Below are positions 1 to 9,655 of a DNA stretch of 64,000 nt, in pieces. The stretch spans positions 512,001 to 576,000 of the forward strand of contig CBDCTZ010000005.1 of the NCBI GenBank assembly GCA_965222375.1, read 5' to 3'. The number at the start of each line of letters is the position of its first letter. Positions within the stretch are counted from its first letter, which is position 1. This DNA is from Polyangiaceae bacterium. GTDB taxonomy: Bacteria > Myxococcota_A > Polyangia > Polyangiales > Polyangiaceae. The notes under the pieces were generated by a model, which searched no databases, was not told the DNA's origin, and was given only the letters and a program-made list of their open reading frames with translations. The translations under genes were made by a program, and so were the position numbers.

Positions 1-922
1 CATCGCACAACTTCTCGAAGCTGATTCCGGTTGCGGCGGCTGCCTCCGGGAACAGGCTGGTACTGGTCATCCCCGGCAACGTATTGACCTCCAGCAGGGT
101 CACCGTCGAAGTCGGCGGATCCACCACGAAATCCGCCCGGGATAGGTCCCGGCAGCCGAGGGCCAGGTGCGCGCCCAGGGCGAGGCGCTGAATTTCCTCG
201 CTGAGACCGGGTTCAAACGGGGCGGGACAGTGATGCACGCTACCGTCGGCGGCGTAACGTGATTCGAAATCGTACCAGTCTGCGGCCTTCGCTTCGATCA
301 GCGTTGGCGGCAGGGCCGACGCCGCGGCGTCACAGCGCTCCAAGACTCCGCAAGTCACCTCCAAGCCCAAAATGAACTCCTCGACCAATGCCGCGGGGTC
401 CACGGCTAGCGCCGCTTCCAACGCAACAACCAGCGCGTCATCGGTGGCGTCCGACCCTAGACGCGTCGTGGCAATCGCAGAGCCGCCGCTTGCTGGCTTC
501 ACGACCACGCCTGCGTCGAATTGACGGCGAACGCGAGCAGCGGCGCCGCGCAGATCGTCCCTCGCCCGCACCACCAGCTCTTTCGGCACGGGCAAGCTCG
601 CAGCGCGAAACATGCGTTTCGCGTAGGGTTTGTCCGCGGCAAGGGCGCTAGCCAGCACTCCAGACCCAACGTAGGGAAGGCCACACACCTCCAGCAGACC
701 TTGCAGACAACCATCTTCGCCCACTGGGCCGTGAGTCACCGGGAACGCCACATCCACAGGACCCGACCTGAGCAGTCCGACCATCTCCGGGCCGAGCTCC
801 ACCAGGCGTGGTCGGTGCTCGCATGCCGCGAGGGCTTCAGCTACGGCGCGACCGGACGTACGGCTGACATTGGCCTCTGTACTTGGCCCACCCACCAAGA
901 CCGCAACGTCGAAACAGGTCAC
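1..922 (-). CDS. ddl: D-alanine--D-alanine ligase (3' end runs off the window)
   Basis: Not in the ORF track; translated by hand from GTG at 922: VAVLVGGPSTEANVSRTSG...FPVTHGPVGEDGCLQGLLE...PYVGS...LEVNTLPGMTSTSLFP, which are the canonical Ddl motifs. The start overlaps the stop of the deaminase (GTGA). Confidence 0.95.
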   Translation of the reverse strand, partial: MTCFDVAVLVGGPSTEANVSRTSGRAVAEALAACEHRPRLVELGPEMVGLLRSGPVDVAFPVTHGPVGEDGCLQGLLEVCGLPYVGSGVLASALAADKPYAKRMFRAASLPVPKELVVRARDDLRGAAARVRRQFDAGVVVKPASGGSAIATTRLGSDATDDALVVALEAALAVDPAALVEEFILGLEVTCGVLERCDAAASALPPTLIEAKAADWYDFESRYAADGSVHHCPAPFEPGLSEEIQRLALGAHLALGCRDLSRADFVVDPPTSTVTLLEVNTLPGMTSTSLFPEAAAATGISFEKLCD

Positions 923-1377
923 TCGCTAGCCTCGATCGGCAGATGGGTCAGCTCGATGCCGAGCTTCTCGCTGAACTGGAAGATGCGCTCGTCACGGTAG
1001 AACTCGCCGAAGACGATTCGTCCCAGGCCGGCGTTCGCGATCAACTTGTAGCAACCCCAGCAAGGTGACGCAGTCACGTAGATCGCCCCACCCTCCAGGC
1101 GCACACCATTGCGCGCGGCCTGCACGACGGCATTCGCCTCCGCATGCACGGTTCGAACGCAATGCCCTGCCTCCATCATGTGGTCGTCGTCATCACAGTG
1201 GGAGAGGCCGCGAATGGATCCGTTATAGCCTGTCGCGAGGATCATCTTGTCGCGCACGATCACGGCGCCCACGTGCTTGCGAGAGCACGTGGCTCGAGTG
1301 CTGACCTCCCGTGCGATCGCCATGAAGTACTCGTCCCAGCTGGCTCGTCGTCGCACCACTTGCCTCCCTGCGGTCAT
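919..1377 (-). CDS. dCMP deaminase / ComEB-like zinc-dependent deaminase
   Basis: WDEYFM, RATC..HVGAVIV, TGYNG, HAEANA and PCWGC zinc-binding motifs. Confidence 0.92.
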   Translation of the reverse strand: MTAGRQVVRRRASWDEYFMAIAREVSTRATCSRKHVGAVIVRDKMILATGYNGSIRGLSHCDDDDHMMEAGHCVRTVHAEANAVVQAARNGVRLEGGAIYVTASPCWGCYKLIANAGLGRIVFGEFYRDERIFQFSEKLGIELTHLPIEASE

Positions 1378-1524
1378 TCGCTCACCAAAGCCACGAGCGT
1401 ATTCGGCGAGACAGCGGCGTGGAAGGTGAAAAGCACGGGATCCGCAGACGAGAATCCAGCCGCAGCGGCGAGAGGTGCGCCTAAGAGACTTGACCGCGCC
1501 GGTGCCTCGTGGCTTGTTCGCGCC

Positions 1525-1968
1525 GTGCTAGTCCGCCGTCTTCCCCAGACTCTGCTCGCGGCCCTGTGCCTGACCACCGCCGTCTTTGCAGCCCGAGGGG
1601 ATGACCGCCCGGAAGCCGAAGCGCTACTCAAAGAGGTCAGCGCGTCGCCACAAAGCGCATCCATCGCGGCCGAGCCCATCCAGCGCGCCAAAGACGCGCT
1701 GCGGCGGAGCACCGAGGCTCGCGGCGGTGGAGACTCGGCCCATTCGGCGCTGCTCGATTCTCTGGGGCTGGAGTGGGCGCAGACGGCACGAGATCTCCAT
1801 CGAGCTGTCCGCGCGGAGCGACAACTAGCAGAAGTGCAGAAACTGGTCGGGGACACGGAGCTGAAACTCACCCGCGCCAAGGCCCTGCTGGACGACACGG
1901 TCGCCCGGCGTGGGCGCGCGCAGCACAAATTGAAGACACTGGAAAAGCCCCACGGGGGAGCGAAGTGA
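1525..1968 (+). CDS. Secreted helical/coiled-coil hypothetical protein (DUF4398-like partner)
   Basis: The C-terminal part of ORF 1144..1968 has a signal-peptide-like start at GTG 1525 and an Ala-rich helical sequence. Its stop overlaps the next ATG (TGATG). Confidence 0.6.
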   Translation: MLVRRLPQTLLAALCLTTAVFAARGDDRPEAEALLKEVSASPQSASIAAEPIQRAKDALRRSTEARGGGDSAHSALLDSLGLEWAQTARDLHRAVRAERQLAEVQKLVGDTELKLTRAKALLDDTVARRGRAQHKLKTLEKPHGGAK

Positions 1969-3053
1969 TGCGGCCAGCGGCATGGGCCATGGTCGGCATT
2001 CTCACGGTCGCCTGTGCGGTGGCCCCTCCTCCTAGGATCTTCTCCCAAGTGGATGCGGCGCGCTCCTCGCCAGCGGTGGAGGAAGCCAAAGGCCTCGCTC
2101 CTCAGGTTCATGCCCGGGCGGAACAGCTGCGAAAGCGTGCGGCGCAGGCGCACGACGACGGCAAGGTCGGCTCAGCGCAGGTGTTGGCGGAACATTCGCT
2201 CGCCGCCTACGAGCACGCCGTAGTGCTCTCGCGGCTCGCAAAAGCCGAATCCCGCCTGGCCAGATCCAAATTGGAACTCAAGCGAGTGCAGGCTGCCCAC
2301 GCCGAGATCGACAAAAAGCAGATGAGGGTGGCTGCCGAGGCGGAGAGCCTGGAACTGCGCGTGCGCGTCGCGGAAGACGCGATTCCGTTGGTGCCAAGTG
2401 CACCAGCCTCGCCGGAGCGCGAGCAGGCTCGCCTCGACGCCGCCAAAGCCCTTTCATCCCAAGCCAGGCTGCTGTGCGCGGCGACCCGGCTCCTAGGCGG
2501 CGCGGCCAAGCTGCCCGAGGCGGAAAAGGGCCTCGCAGCCCTCGAGCGGAAGCTGTCTGGATCGGCAAAGACCGCACCCATTGACGACGCGATTCGTAGC
2601 CGCTCGTTTTGCTTGCGATTGTTGACCGAGGTCCGGCGCGCGAAAAAGCCGGGCGCGAATGCCCGGGCGGCCGATGCGCTATTGAGCGCTCTGTCCAACA
2701 CCAAGCAGTTGTACCCGTTTCGGGATGACCGTGGCGTCGTGGTCACTCTGCGCGGCTTGTTCGCCAAGAACGGCAATCTCAGCAAGATCGGGGCGCAGGT
2801 TTTGGAAACCCTGGGCAGGGTCGCCAAAGCTCACTCCAGTTTTCCAGTCATGGTCGTCATGCACTCTGCAGGCAGGGGCAAGACGAGTACCGAGCACGGC
2901 AAGAAGGTGGCCGCGGCCCTCAAGGCGGCGGGAGCGCCCCGCCTCGAGGTGCTGAGCGCCGGCAGCCGCGCGCCCATTGCGGACCCCAAGCGAGCGGATT
3001 CTCGGGCTCAAAACCGGCGGGTCGAAATCGTCTTCGTCGCACCCCGCTGGTAA
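1968..3053 (+). CDS. Lipoprotein with coiled-coil region and C-terminal OmpA/MotB-like domain
   Basis: Lipobox-like LTVAC, RGVVVTLRGLF and terminal RAQNRRVEIVF OmpA-like motif. Start reassigned to ATG 1968. Confidence 0.75.
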   Translation: MRPAAWAMVGILTVACAVAPPPRIFSQVDAARSSPAVEEAKGLAPQVHARAEQLRKRAAQAHDDGKVGSAQVLAEHSLAAYEHAVVLSRLAKAESRLARSKLELKRVQAAHAEIDKKQMRVAAEAESLELRVRVAEDAIPLVPSAPASPEREQARLDAAKALSSQARLLCAATRLLGGAAKLPEAEKGLAALERKLSGSAKTAPIDDAIRSRSFCLRLLTEVRRAKKPGANARAADALLSALSNTKQLYPFRDDRGVVVTLRGLFAKNGNLSKIGAQVLETLGRVAKAHSSFPVMVVMHSAGRGKTSTEHGKKVAAALKAAGAPRLEVLSAGSRAPIADPKRADSRAQNRRVEIVFVAPRW

Positions 3054-3133
3054 AAGCTCCACGTTTCTCGCACTTTGCCGAGGCGGGGCCAGCAGACCTG
3101 GACGAACGCCGTGGGCAGAACCATCTTAGTTCG

Positions 3134-4291
3134 GTGAGTGAACCGACGCCGCCACCTTCGGGACGAGAGCGCGATCCGCGCACCGGGGAGCGTATCGTCT
3201 GGCGCAGCCGCCCAAAAACCGTACCCGTGTCGCCTACGCTTCGCGTCGCGGCGTACATCCTGATTGCACTCACCTTCACGTCCCTGTGCTTCGCCGTCGT
3301 GATAGCGCGGACGCTGAACGTGCCACCCACGGCCTCAATCATGTTCTCGGCCTGGTGCAGCTCCTTGGCCTTCGTCTGCCTCAAGGGGCCCAAGTTCTGG
3401 TTCGACTCCGTCGAATACATCATCACGGACGATCGGGTCTTGTGGCGGCGCGGTCTGTTCTCGCGAAGCATTGGCCGAAATCATTTGAGCTTCGTGAGGA
3501 TCTTCTGGGATCCGTCGAGACCTGGGTTCGGTGATCTAGAACTCGTGCGAGCGGTACCCACGGGCGCGCTGCGGCGGCGCCTGCGACTGCGGCTTCACGG
3601 CTTGAGCGCTCCAGCTCGAGTCGCAGCCATCGTGCTGGGGCGCGACGATGTCACCCCCGCGACTTCCGAAGCCAAGCCTTTGACGCAGCGCCTGGAAGAG
3701 GGCGAACGAGTCGTTTGGAGCGGGCGGCCTCGCCCAAGCGCGCGCACATATCTGCCCCAAACTCGTGAGGGTTGGATGAAGGCGCTGCTCTTCGTGATGA
3801 TGATCGCCGTGCTGACACGGATGGTGTTCGGCGCCATGCCGGCGCTACGGCGGCTCTCCGAGGCAGGCCTGTCGGTGTGGTCGTTGAGTTTCGTGGCGCT
3901 CTCGGCTGCGCTGCTCACGAGTGCTGCGGTGGTCGCGGCTACGGCGGCCTTTGCGTTCTGGGATGGCGTGCTCCGGCCACGACGCCAGATCGAGGAAACC
4001 CGCTATTTGGTGACCAACCGACGCGTGCTGATTCAGCGGGGCAACGAGGAACTCTACCTGGACCGCACGCGCATCGCCCACATCATCGATACTCCGGCCG
4101 GCAATGGACTCTTCGACGTTTTCTTGGTGCTTGACGGGCCCCAGGCGCGGGCCCTGGCCGCCAGCGGGGCCTTTGGTGAGGGTCAACGTCGCCACTCCCT
4201 CTATCCAGTGCTCGAGCGGGTCGCAGACGCCGAAGGCGTGCGCAAGGTGTTGGGTCAGCCCGATGACCCGGACTTGCCACGGGCGGCGTAG
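3134..4291 (+). CDS. Membrane protein with two bacterial PH-like domains
   Basis: Internal duplication of the unit GERIVWRSRP/GERVVWSGRP, two TM helices, YIITDDRVL/YLVTNRRVL. Confidence 0.7.
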   Translation: MSEPTPPPSGRERDPRTGERIVWRSRPKTVPVSPTLRVAAYILIALTFTSLCFAVVIARTLNVPPTASIMFSAWCSSLAFVCLKGPKFWFDSVEYIITDDRVLWRRGLFSRSIGRNHLSFVRIFWDPSRPGFGDLELVRAVPTGALRRRLRLRLHGLSAPARVAAIVLGRDDVTPATSEAKPLTQRLEEGERVVWSGRPRPSARTYLPQTREGWMKALLFVMMIAVLTRMVFGAMPALRRLSEAGLSVWSLSFVALSAALLTSAAVVAATAAFAFWDGVLRPRRQIEETRYLVTNRRVLIQRGNEELYLDRTRIAHIIDTPAGNGLFDVFLVLDGPQARALAASGAFGEGQRRHSLYPVLERVADAEGVRKVLGQPDDPDLPRAA

Positions 4292-4292
4292 T

Positions 4293-5261
4293 TCATTTTC
4301 GCTTGCGCCGGGGGGGAGGCGGCTCCGGGGGCAGTTTCTTGAGCCTCTCCACACACGCGGCCCGGTGCAACTCGGCGCGCTTCACCCAGGGCTGCGAACC
4401 CGGCCGAGCCCGCTCCAGATATGCGTCCCACTCCAGGATCGCTCGGCGCAGCAAGGCCCGCTGCTTTTCGACAGCCTTGGCATTGCGCTCCCCGGCCATC
4501 GCCGACAGGGCCTTGTAATAGTGGATGTCGTACTCCGGGACGAAGAAGACACTCGGCAGGTCCAGGGCCGTACCGTAGAGGGGAACGCGGATTGCCCGCG
4601 CGATCTGCATCGCGGCCAGCGCGGCAGGCAAGTTGCCTCGGCGCTCCAAGGCGATGCCCAGACCATAGTGTGCCAGTGCAACCAACTCTGGGCGACTCGC
4701 TGTACGAATGGCCCGTCGGTAGTCTCGAATCGCGGAATCCAGATCCCCGAGCACCATCGCGGACTCGCCCCGGTTCATGTGGATGTTTGCGCGAAAGTCG
4801 GGTTCCCAAGCGCTCTCCAAGGCTCGGGTGTAGGCGGCGCGCTCCTGGGTGGGCTCGGCCAACCTGGCGGAGGCAATCGCGATGTTGAACCAAGCACGGC
4901 CGGCGAGCGGTGACTCTGGATCGGCCGCAAGCGCTTGGCGGAGTAGCTCCCTACCCTCTCTGTCGCGACGAACCGCAGAGTCCACGAGTAGCTCTCCGAG
5001 CACGATCTTGAGCCTGGGGTCGTGAAGTCCGGCGCCCGACAGTTCCAGCATCGCAAGCCCCGCACGCATGAAGCGCTGCTGCATGCTGGGGTCGAAGGAG
5101 CTGCCCTCAGCCCGCAGCATCATACGCTCGACGGCCACCAGAGCTTGGTGGGCTTGCAGAAGTTTGGGGTCTCGAGCGGAATCCCAGATCGTGGGCGATG
5201 CGGCGGCTACCGACGCCCACAGCGCCACGGCAACTGCAACGACAGGCGCCCCGAGCTTCAT
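4293..5261 (-). CDS. Secreted tetratricopeptide-repeat protein
   Basis: Signal peptide; TPR-like AWFNIAIA, HMNRGES..LGDLDSAIRDYRRA, AHYGLGIAL. Confidence 0.75.
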   Translation of the reverse strand: MKLGAPVVAVAVALWASVAAASPTIWDSARDPKLLQAHQALVAVERMMLRAEGSSFDPSMQQRFMRAGLAMLELSGAGLHDPRLKIVLGELLVDSAVRRDREGRELLRQALAADPESPLAGRAWFNIAIASARLAEPTQERAAYTRALESAWEPDFRANIHMNRGESAMVLGDLDSAIRDYRRAIRTASRPELVALAHYGLGIALERRGNLPAALAAMQIARAIRVPLYGTALDLPSVFFVPEYDIHYYKALSAMAGERNAKAVEKQRALLRRAILEWDAYLERARPGSQPWVKRAELHRAACVERLKKLPPEPPPPRRKRK

Positions 5262-6178
5262 CGGAACCGCTTACCTGTAGCCAGTTTCGCCAGCCTGGAC
5301 TGGGCGTGCTTGCGGTATCGCCCCTTGCCTGCCGGGCTCTTCAGGAACTTCCGCCAGGCCTCTCTTGCTCCCTGGCGGTCTTCGAGTTCCTCAAGCAAAG
5401 CAACACAAGCCCACAGCTGTCCCGGAGCCAGAGTCGGCGCGAAGCGAGGTTGCTTGCCGGCTTTGGCACTCGCCAGGCTGTGCAAGCTCGCCGCGCCTCC
5501 GACCTCCTGAGCAACGCCACGAGCTTCCTCGCTGCTGCCATGGCGATCCAAGGCTAGGGCCAGGGCCGCGGAGACGACGTTGGACAGACCGGGGACGTTT
5601 TCTCTCCGCCGCGCCTCGGTCAGCACGCCAATGGCCTGGGCGAGCTGACCGGCATCCATTGCCATGAATCCTGCCTCAATCGCCGCGCGCTGCCGCTGCC
5701 AGGGCCGCTCCAATAGAGCGATCCGAGGCACCAAGGCGCGATAGGCGTCTATCGCGTCCTTTGACTTGCCCGCGCGCTGGGCGCTCTGCCCAAACGCGAG
5801 CAACGCGGCGGGCTCTTCCAGACTTCTCCTGTCGCGGGAAAGGGCGGTGGCAAACCGCGAATGTGCCTGTTGATACTTGCCCAAAGCGCTCAACGCGCGG
5901 CCCGACAAGACCATGGGCGCCACCTGGCCAGGCAGCGCGCGATTCGCTTCTTTCGCGGCAATCAGCGCCCGCGAGGGCGAGCGGCGGAGCTCCGCGTACC
6001 CCCGCGCGAGAGCCCGACAATGGGCGACCATCGCCGGTTGTCGCGCGGCCTCCCAAACAGAAAGACCAGCTGCGGAAACCGAACGACAACCCGCCGGGCG
6101 CGGGCTCTGAGCGGCCGCCGCAGTCAAATCCGGCAGCGACAACCCGGACGCGAGGACGAAGACCAGGGCACCAGGCAC
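5258..6178 (-). CDS. Secreted tetratricopeptide-repeat protein
   Basis: Signal-like N-terminus, TPR-like helices, overlaps the next gene by 4 nt. Shares an N-terminal 'S(V/I)W(E/D)xARxP'-like motif with its neighbour (SVWEAARQP vs TIWDSARDP). Confidence 0.65.
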   Translation of the reverse strand: MPGALVFVLASGLSLPDLTAAAAQSPRPAGCRSVSAAGLSVWEAARQPAMVAHCRALARGYAELRRSPSRALIAAKEANRALPGQVAPMVLSGRALSALGKYQQAHSRFATALSRDRRSLEEPAALLAFGQSAQRAGKSKDAIDAYRALVPRIALLERPWQRQRAAIEAGFMAMDAGQLAQAIGVLTEARRRENVPGLSNVVSAALALALDRHGSSEEARGVAQEVGGAASLHSLASAKAGKQPRFAPTLAPGQLWACVALLEELEDRQGAREAWRKFLKSPAGKGRYRKHAQSRLAKLATGKRFR

Positions 6179-6235
6179 GTCCGGAGCTTAGCGCGAGGCC
6201 CTGTCGGCTGCATGGGTGTTTTGAGGGGCCGCGGC

Positions 6236-7519
6236 TCAGGACGAAAAAGGGTCCTGGAGCACCAGAGTGGCGGCTCGCCCGGCGCCTACACCAATCAGGC
6301 AGAGTGGGATCTTCAGCGCCTCCTCGACGGCCGCGACGAAGCGGCGTGCAGCGCCCGGCAGATCTTCGAGCGCGCGGGCGGCCGAGATGTCCTCTGACCA
6401 ACCCTCCAGCGTCTCGTAGATCGGCGTCACCTGGGCCAAGTCGTCCACAGGGAATTCGGCCGTGCGTCCCGCGGGTGTCTCGTAGGCGGTGCAGATGCGC
6501 AGCTCCGGAAGCCCACTGAGTACATCCAGCTTGGTCAGCGCCACCGAATCCAATCCATTGATCCGAACTGCATACCGCAGCGCAACGAGGTCGAGCCATC
6601 CCGTGCGTCGTGGCCGACCCGTGACTGAGCCGAACTCGGCGCCTACGTTGCGCAAATGCTCACCGCTTGCGTCGGACAGCTCCGTGGGAAAGGGGCCGCT
6701 GCCAACACGAGTCGTATAGGCCTTCGCGATGCCCAGGACCGAGTCGACGCGACTGGGCCCGACTCCGAGGCCAGTACAAGCACCTCCCGCAATCGCAGAA
6801 CTGGACGTCACGAAGGGATAGGTACCGTGGTCGACATCCAGAAGTGCGCCTTGCGCACCCTCGAGCAGGACGTGAACGCCCTTGGCGATCGCCGAGTTGA
6901 CCCGTGCCGAGGCATCTCCCAGAAGCGGCACCAGCCGGTCTCGGAGGGGCTCCAGCTCGGCCAAAATGTCTCCGGCGCTGGGCGCCTTGGTGTTTAGATC
7001 CGTCAGCACCGGCGCCCACTCCTCCAATGCATGCTCGACCCGCGCGCGAAGCCTTTCTGGACTGCGGAGATCTCCGGTCCTAACGCCGCTTCGACGCACC
7101 TTGTCTTCGTAGGTCGGCCCGATGCCCTTCTTGGTGGTGCCGATGGCGTTTTTGGCGCGTGCCTCTCGGGCCGCATCCAGCATGAGGTGATAGGGCAAAA
7201 TCAGGTGAGCGCGATCCCCGAGCATGACCCGTTCGAAGACCCGGGGTACGCCACGCCCATCCAGGGTGTCCAACTCACCCATGAGCACTTTGGGATCCAC
7301 GACCATTCCGTCGCCGAGCACGCACTCCGTGTCGGCGTGCAGCACACCACTTGGCAGCAGCCGCACGATCGTCTTTTCGCCTCCGACGACCAACGTGTGC
7401 CCTGCGTTGGGCCCACCTGCATAGCGTGCGACGACTTCCGCACGCTCCGTGCAGAAATCGACGACCTTGCCCTTACCTTCGTCGCCCCATTGAGCGCCAA
7501 CCACCACCACGCATGTCAT
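6236..7519 (-). CDS. purA: Adenylosuccinate synthetase
   Basis: GAQWGDEGKGK, GGPNAGHT, GIGPTYEDK, EGAQG, GTYPFVTSS, TKLDVL. Confidence 0.98.
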   Translation of the reverse strand: MTCVVVVGAQWGDEGKGKVVDFCTERAEVVARYAGGPNAGHTLVVGGEKTIVRLLPSGVLHADTECVLGDGMVVDPKVLMGELDTLDGRGVPRVFERVMLGDRAHLILPYHLMLDAAREARAKNAIGTTKKGIGPTYEDKVRRSGVRTGDLRSPERLRARVEHALEEWAPVLTDLNTKAPSAGDILAELEPLRDRLVPLLGDASARVNSAIAKGVHVLLEGAQGALLDVDHGTYPFVTSSSAIAGGACTGLGVGPSRVDSVLGIAKAYTTRVGSGPFPTELSDASGEHLRNVGAEFGSVTGRPRRTGWLDLVALRYAVRINGLDSVALTKLDVLSGLPELRICTAYETPAGRTAEFPVDDLAQVTPIYETLEGWSEDISAARALEDLPGAARRFVAAVEEALKIPLCLIGVGAGRAATLVLQDPFSS

Positions 7520-8805
7520 GTATCGTCTCCAGTGTTCGGCAGCTGCCGACCCAGGGTCTCGAGAACCTGCCCGGCCACGTCATCTGAGCTGGCAACACGC
7601 AACCGATGCTGTACGCCCTGAGATAGGTCGTGCAGCACCTCCGGCGCGCGCAAGTCTAGGCGATGGGAGTAGCCCCAGCTTCGCGCGTACTCTTGTCCAC
7701 CGGTTTCGTGGCATGCCACCGCAACCCCCTGGGCCCGCAATCCGCCGGCGACGCGTCGCAAGCGGTCGTCCGAGGCTCCGTGTAGCAGGACGACGGTTGG
7801 TTTGGTGGGCCCGCCGCCGGCGCCAACCGCCCAGGCCAGATTGTCCAAATCGACGGCAAACCCCGCAGCCGGGCAGGGAGCACCGAATTGCTCCAATAGC
7901 CGATCATAACGGCCACCGGATACAACCGCCTCGCCGGGGCCCTCCGCGAGGATCTGGAACAACGCGCCCGTGTAGTAGGCCGAATGTCGGACGTCAGCCA
8001 GGTCCACGAAAAGGCGCGACGCAAGACCTTGGCTCTGGATCCACTCGGCCAGAGCGCTGAGAGACTTCACTCCTTTCGCCGCCGGAGTGCCCCCGAGCTG
8101 TTTCTCAGCGCGCGACAGCACGTCTGGCCCTCCCGCGAGATCCAAAAGCGCGCGCAGCCCAGTCCGCACAGGCGCGTCGAGTCTCACTTCGCGCGCCCGC
8201 TCCGTGAGCAAACTCGGGTCGCGGAGAGATAGAGCTTCGATCAAGCCAGATCTGGCCTCCGAGGGTGCCGCCTGAAGCAGCGCTCCAGCCACCGTCGCGT
8301 GGGATAGGTCCAACACGAAGTCGGTCAGCCCGGCTGCTCGAACCGCCGCAATGGCAACCTCCAGTACTTCTCGGTCGCCCTGTGCAGCCGAGGCGCCGAG
8401 GAGTTCTACACCCGCTTGGGGGATCTGCCGCTTCCGTCGCGCTCGCTGGCGTCGAAGCCGCACCACCGAACCTTCGTAGCAGACGCGCGCGGGCAACAGT
8501 CTGTCCCTCAGCCGCGAGGCCATTAGCCGGGCGATCTGCGGAGTCATGTCAGGACGCAGCGCCACCACCTCGCCAGTCTGCGGCTCGACGAATCTGAGCA
8601 CCTCTGCGGGATCGAGAGCACCCAAGCCCCGCTCCAACACTTCAGCGTACTCGAATGCCGGCACAGTCACGCGCTGGTAGCCGAAGGACTCGAAGGACCG
8701 CAGCACGCGTCGTGCCAAGAGGGATAGTGCTCGGGCCTCACTGGGTAGCCAGTCGCGCATACCAGCTGGCAGCGTGGGAACCCTCGTTCGTTCCTGTAGG
8801 CTCAC
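7516..8805 (-). CDS. hisZ: ATP phosphoribosyltransferase regulatory subunit
   Basis: PAGMRDWLP, LRPDMTPQIAR, QAGVEL, YYTG, GGRYD HisRS-like motifs, in the conserved hisZ-purA arrangement. Confidence 0.9.
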   Translation of the reverse strand: MSLQERTRVPTLPAGMRDWLPSEARALSLLARRVLRSFESFGYQRVTVPAFEYAEVLERGLGALDPAEVLRFVEPQTGEVVALRPDMTPQIARLMASRLRDRLLPARVCYEGSVVRLRRQRARRKRQIPQAGVELLGASAAQGDREVLEVAIAAVRAAGLTDFVLDLSHATVAGALLQAAPSEARSGLIEALSLRDPSLLTERAREVRLDAPVRTGLRALLDLAGGPDVLSRAEKQLGGTPAAKGVKSLSALAEWIQSQGLASRLFVDLADVRHSAYYTGALFQILAEGPGEAVVSGGRYDRLLEQFGAPCPAAGFAVDLDNLAWAVGAGGGPTKPTVVLLHGASDDRLRRVAGGLRAQGVAVACHETGGQEYARSWGYSHRLDLRAPEVLHDLSQGVQHRLRVASSDDVAGQVLETLGRQLPNTGDDT

Positions 8806-8928
8806 GGCGGCGGGAGCTTACCCGAAGCACGGCAGGAGTACCCGACAAATCCCGGCGCGGCGCTGGCCCCTCTGCCGGGGCGACAACGCTTGGTCTGCAC
8901 TCCAGAAAATGGAACAGTGGCGCTGACC

Positions 8929-9654
8929 ATGCCCCCGAGCGACAAGCCTTTCAGTCCGAATGTAATGGAGCGCGGTGCCGAGCGTGACGGCATGCCCCAA
9001 GAGATGAACCGGCGACTGTTCATGCAGCTATTGGCGTTTCATTGCGAGTCACCGGAATTGGCGACCACGCAACTGGGCGACGCTTTGAACGAGCTGGGCG
9101 CGAGTGCCGTCATATACGTCGACGTCAATCATCCGCATGGTCTGGCGGTTCTGTCCTTCAGCGAAGACCCTGCCGACTTCGTAGACAAGACTCGCCGTGG
9201 GATCCAGCGAGTATCCGACCTCACGGCCAGACCGGAACTGAGCATGCTGGGTCGCACCTACAGTTCGGGCTACGAACAAGATCTGGAGTACTGGCTACTC
9301 AAGCGCCCGGCAGAGACCGCGAAAAACCCCGACTGGCCCTGGGCAGTCTGGTACCCTCTGCGCCGAGGCGGCGCCTTCGAGAAGCTCGAGCCTCGAGAGC
9401 GTGGAGGGATCCTCCGCGAGCACGCGACCATCGGCAAGGCTTACGGCCAGGCAGATCTCGCCCACGACATTCGCCTTGCATGCCACGGCCTGGACGCCAA
9501 CGATAACGAGTTCGTCATCGGCCTCGTTGGCAAAGACCTCCACCCTCTATCCCATGTCGTTCAGACCATGCGGGGCACGCGCCAAACATCCGAATTCATC
9601 GTTCAGATGGGACCGTTCTTCGTCGGGCGCGCGGTTTGGCAGAGCAAACGCTGA
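8929..9654 (+). CDS. Chlorite dismutase / coproheme decarboxylase family heme protein
   Basis: VWYPLRR, REHATIG, HGLDANDNEFVI, GPFFVG. Start position is uncertain. Confidence 0.8.
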   Translation: MPPSDKPFSPNVMERGAERDGMPQEMNRRLFMQLLAFHCESPELATTQLGDALNELGASAVIYVDVNHPHGLAVLSFSEDPADFVDKTRRGIQRVSDLTARPELSMLGRTYSSGYEQDLEYWLLKRPAETAKNPDWPWAVWYPLRRGGAFEKLEPRERGGILREHATIGKAYGQADLAHDIRLACHGLDANDNEFVIGLVGKDLHPLSHVVQTMRGTRQTSEFIVQMGPFFVGRAVWQSKR

Positions 9655-9655
9655 C

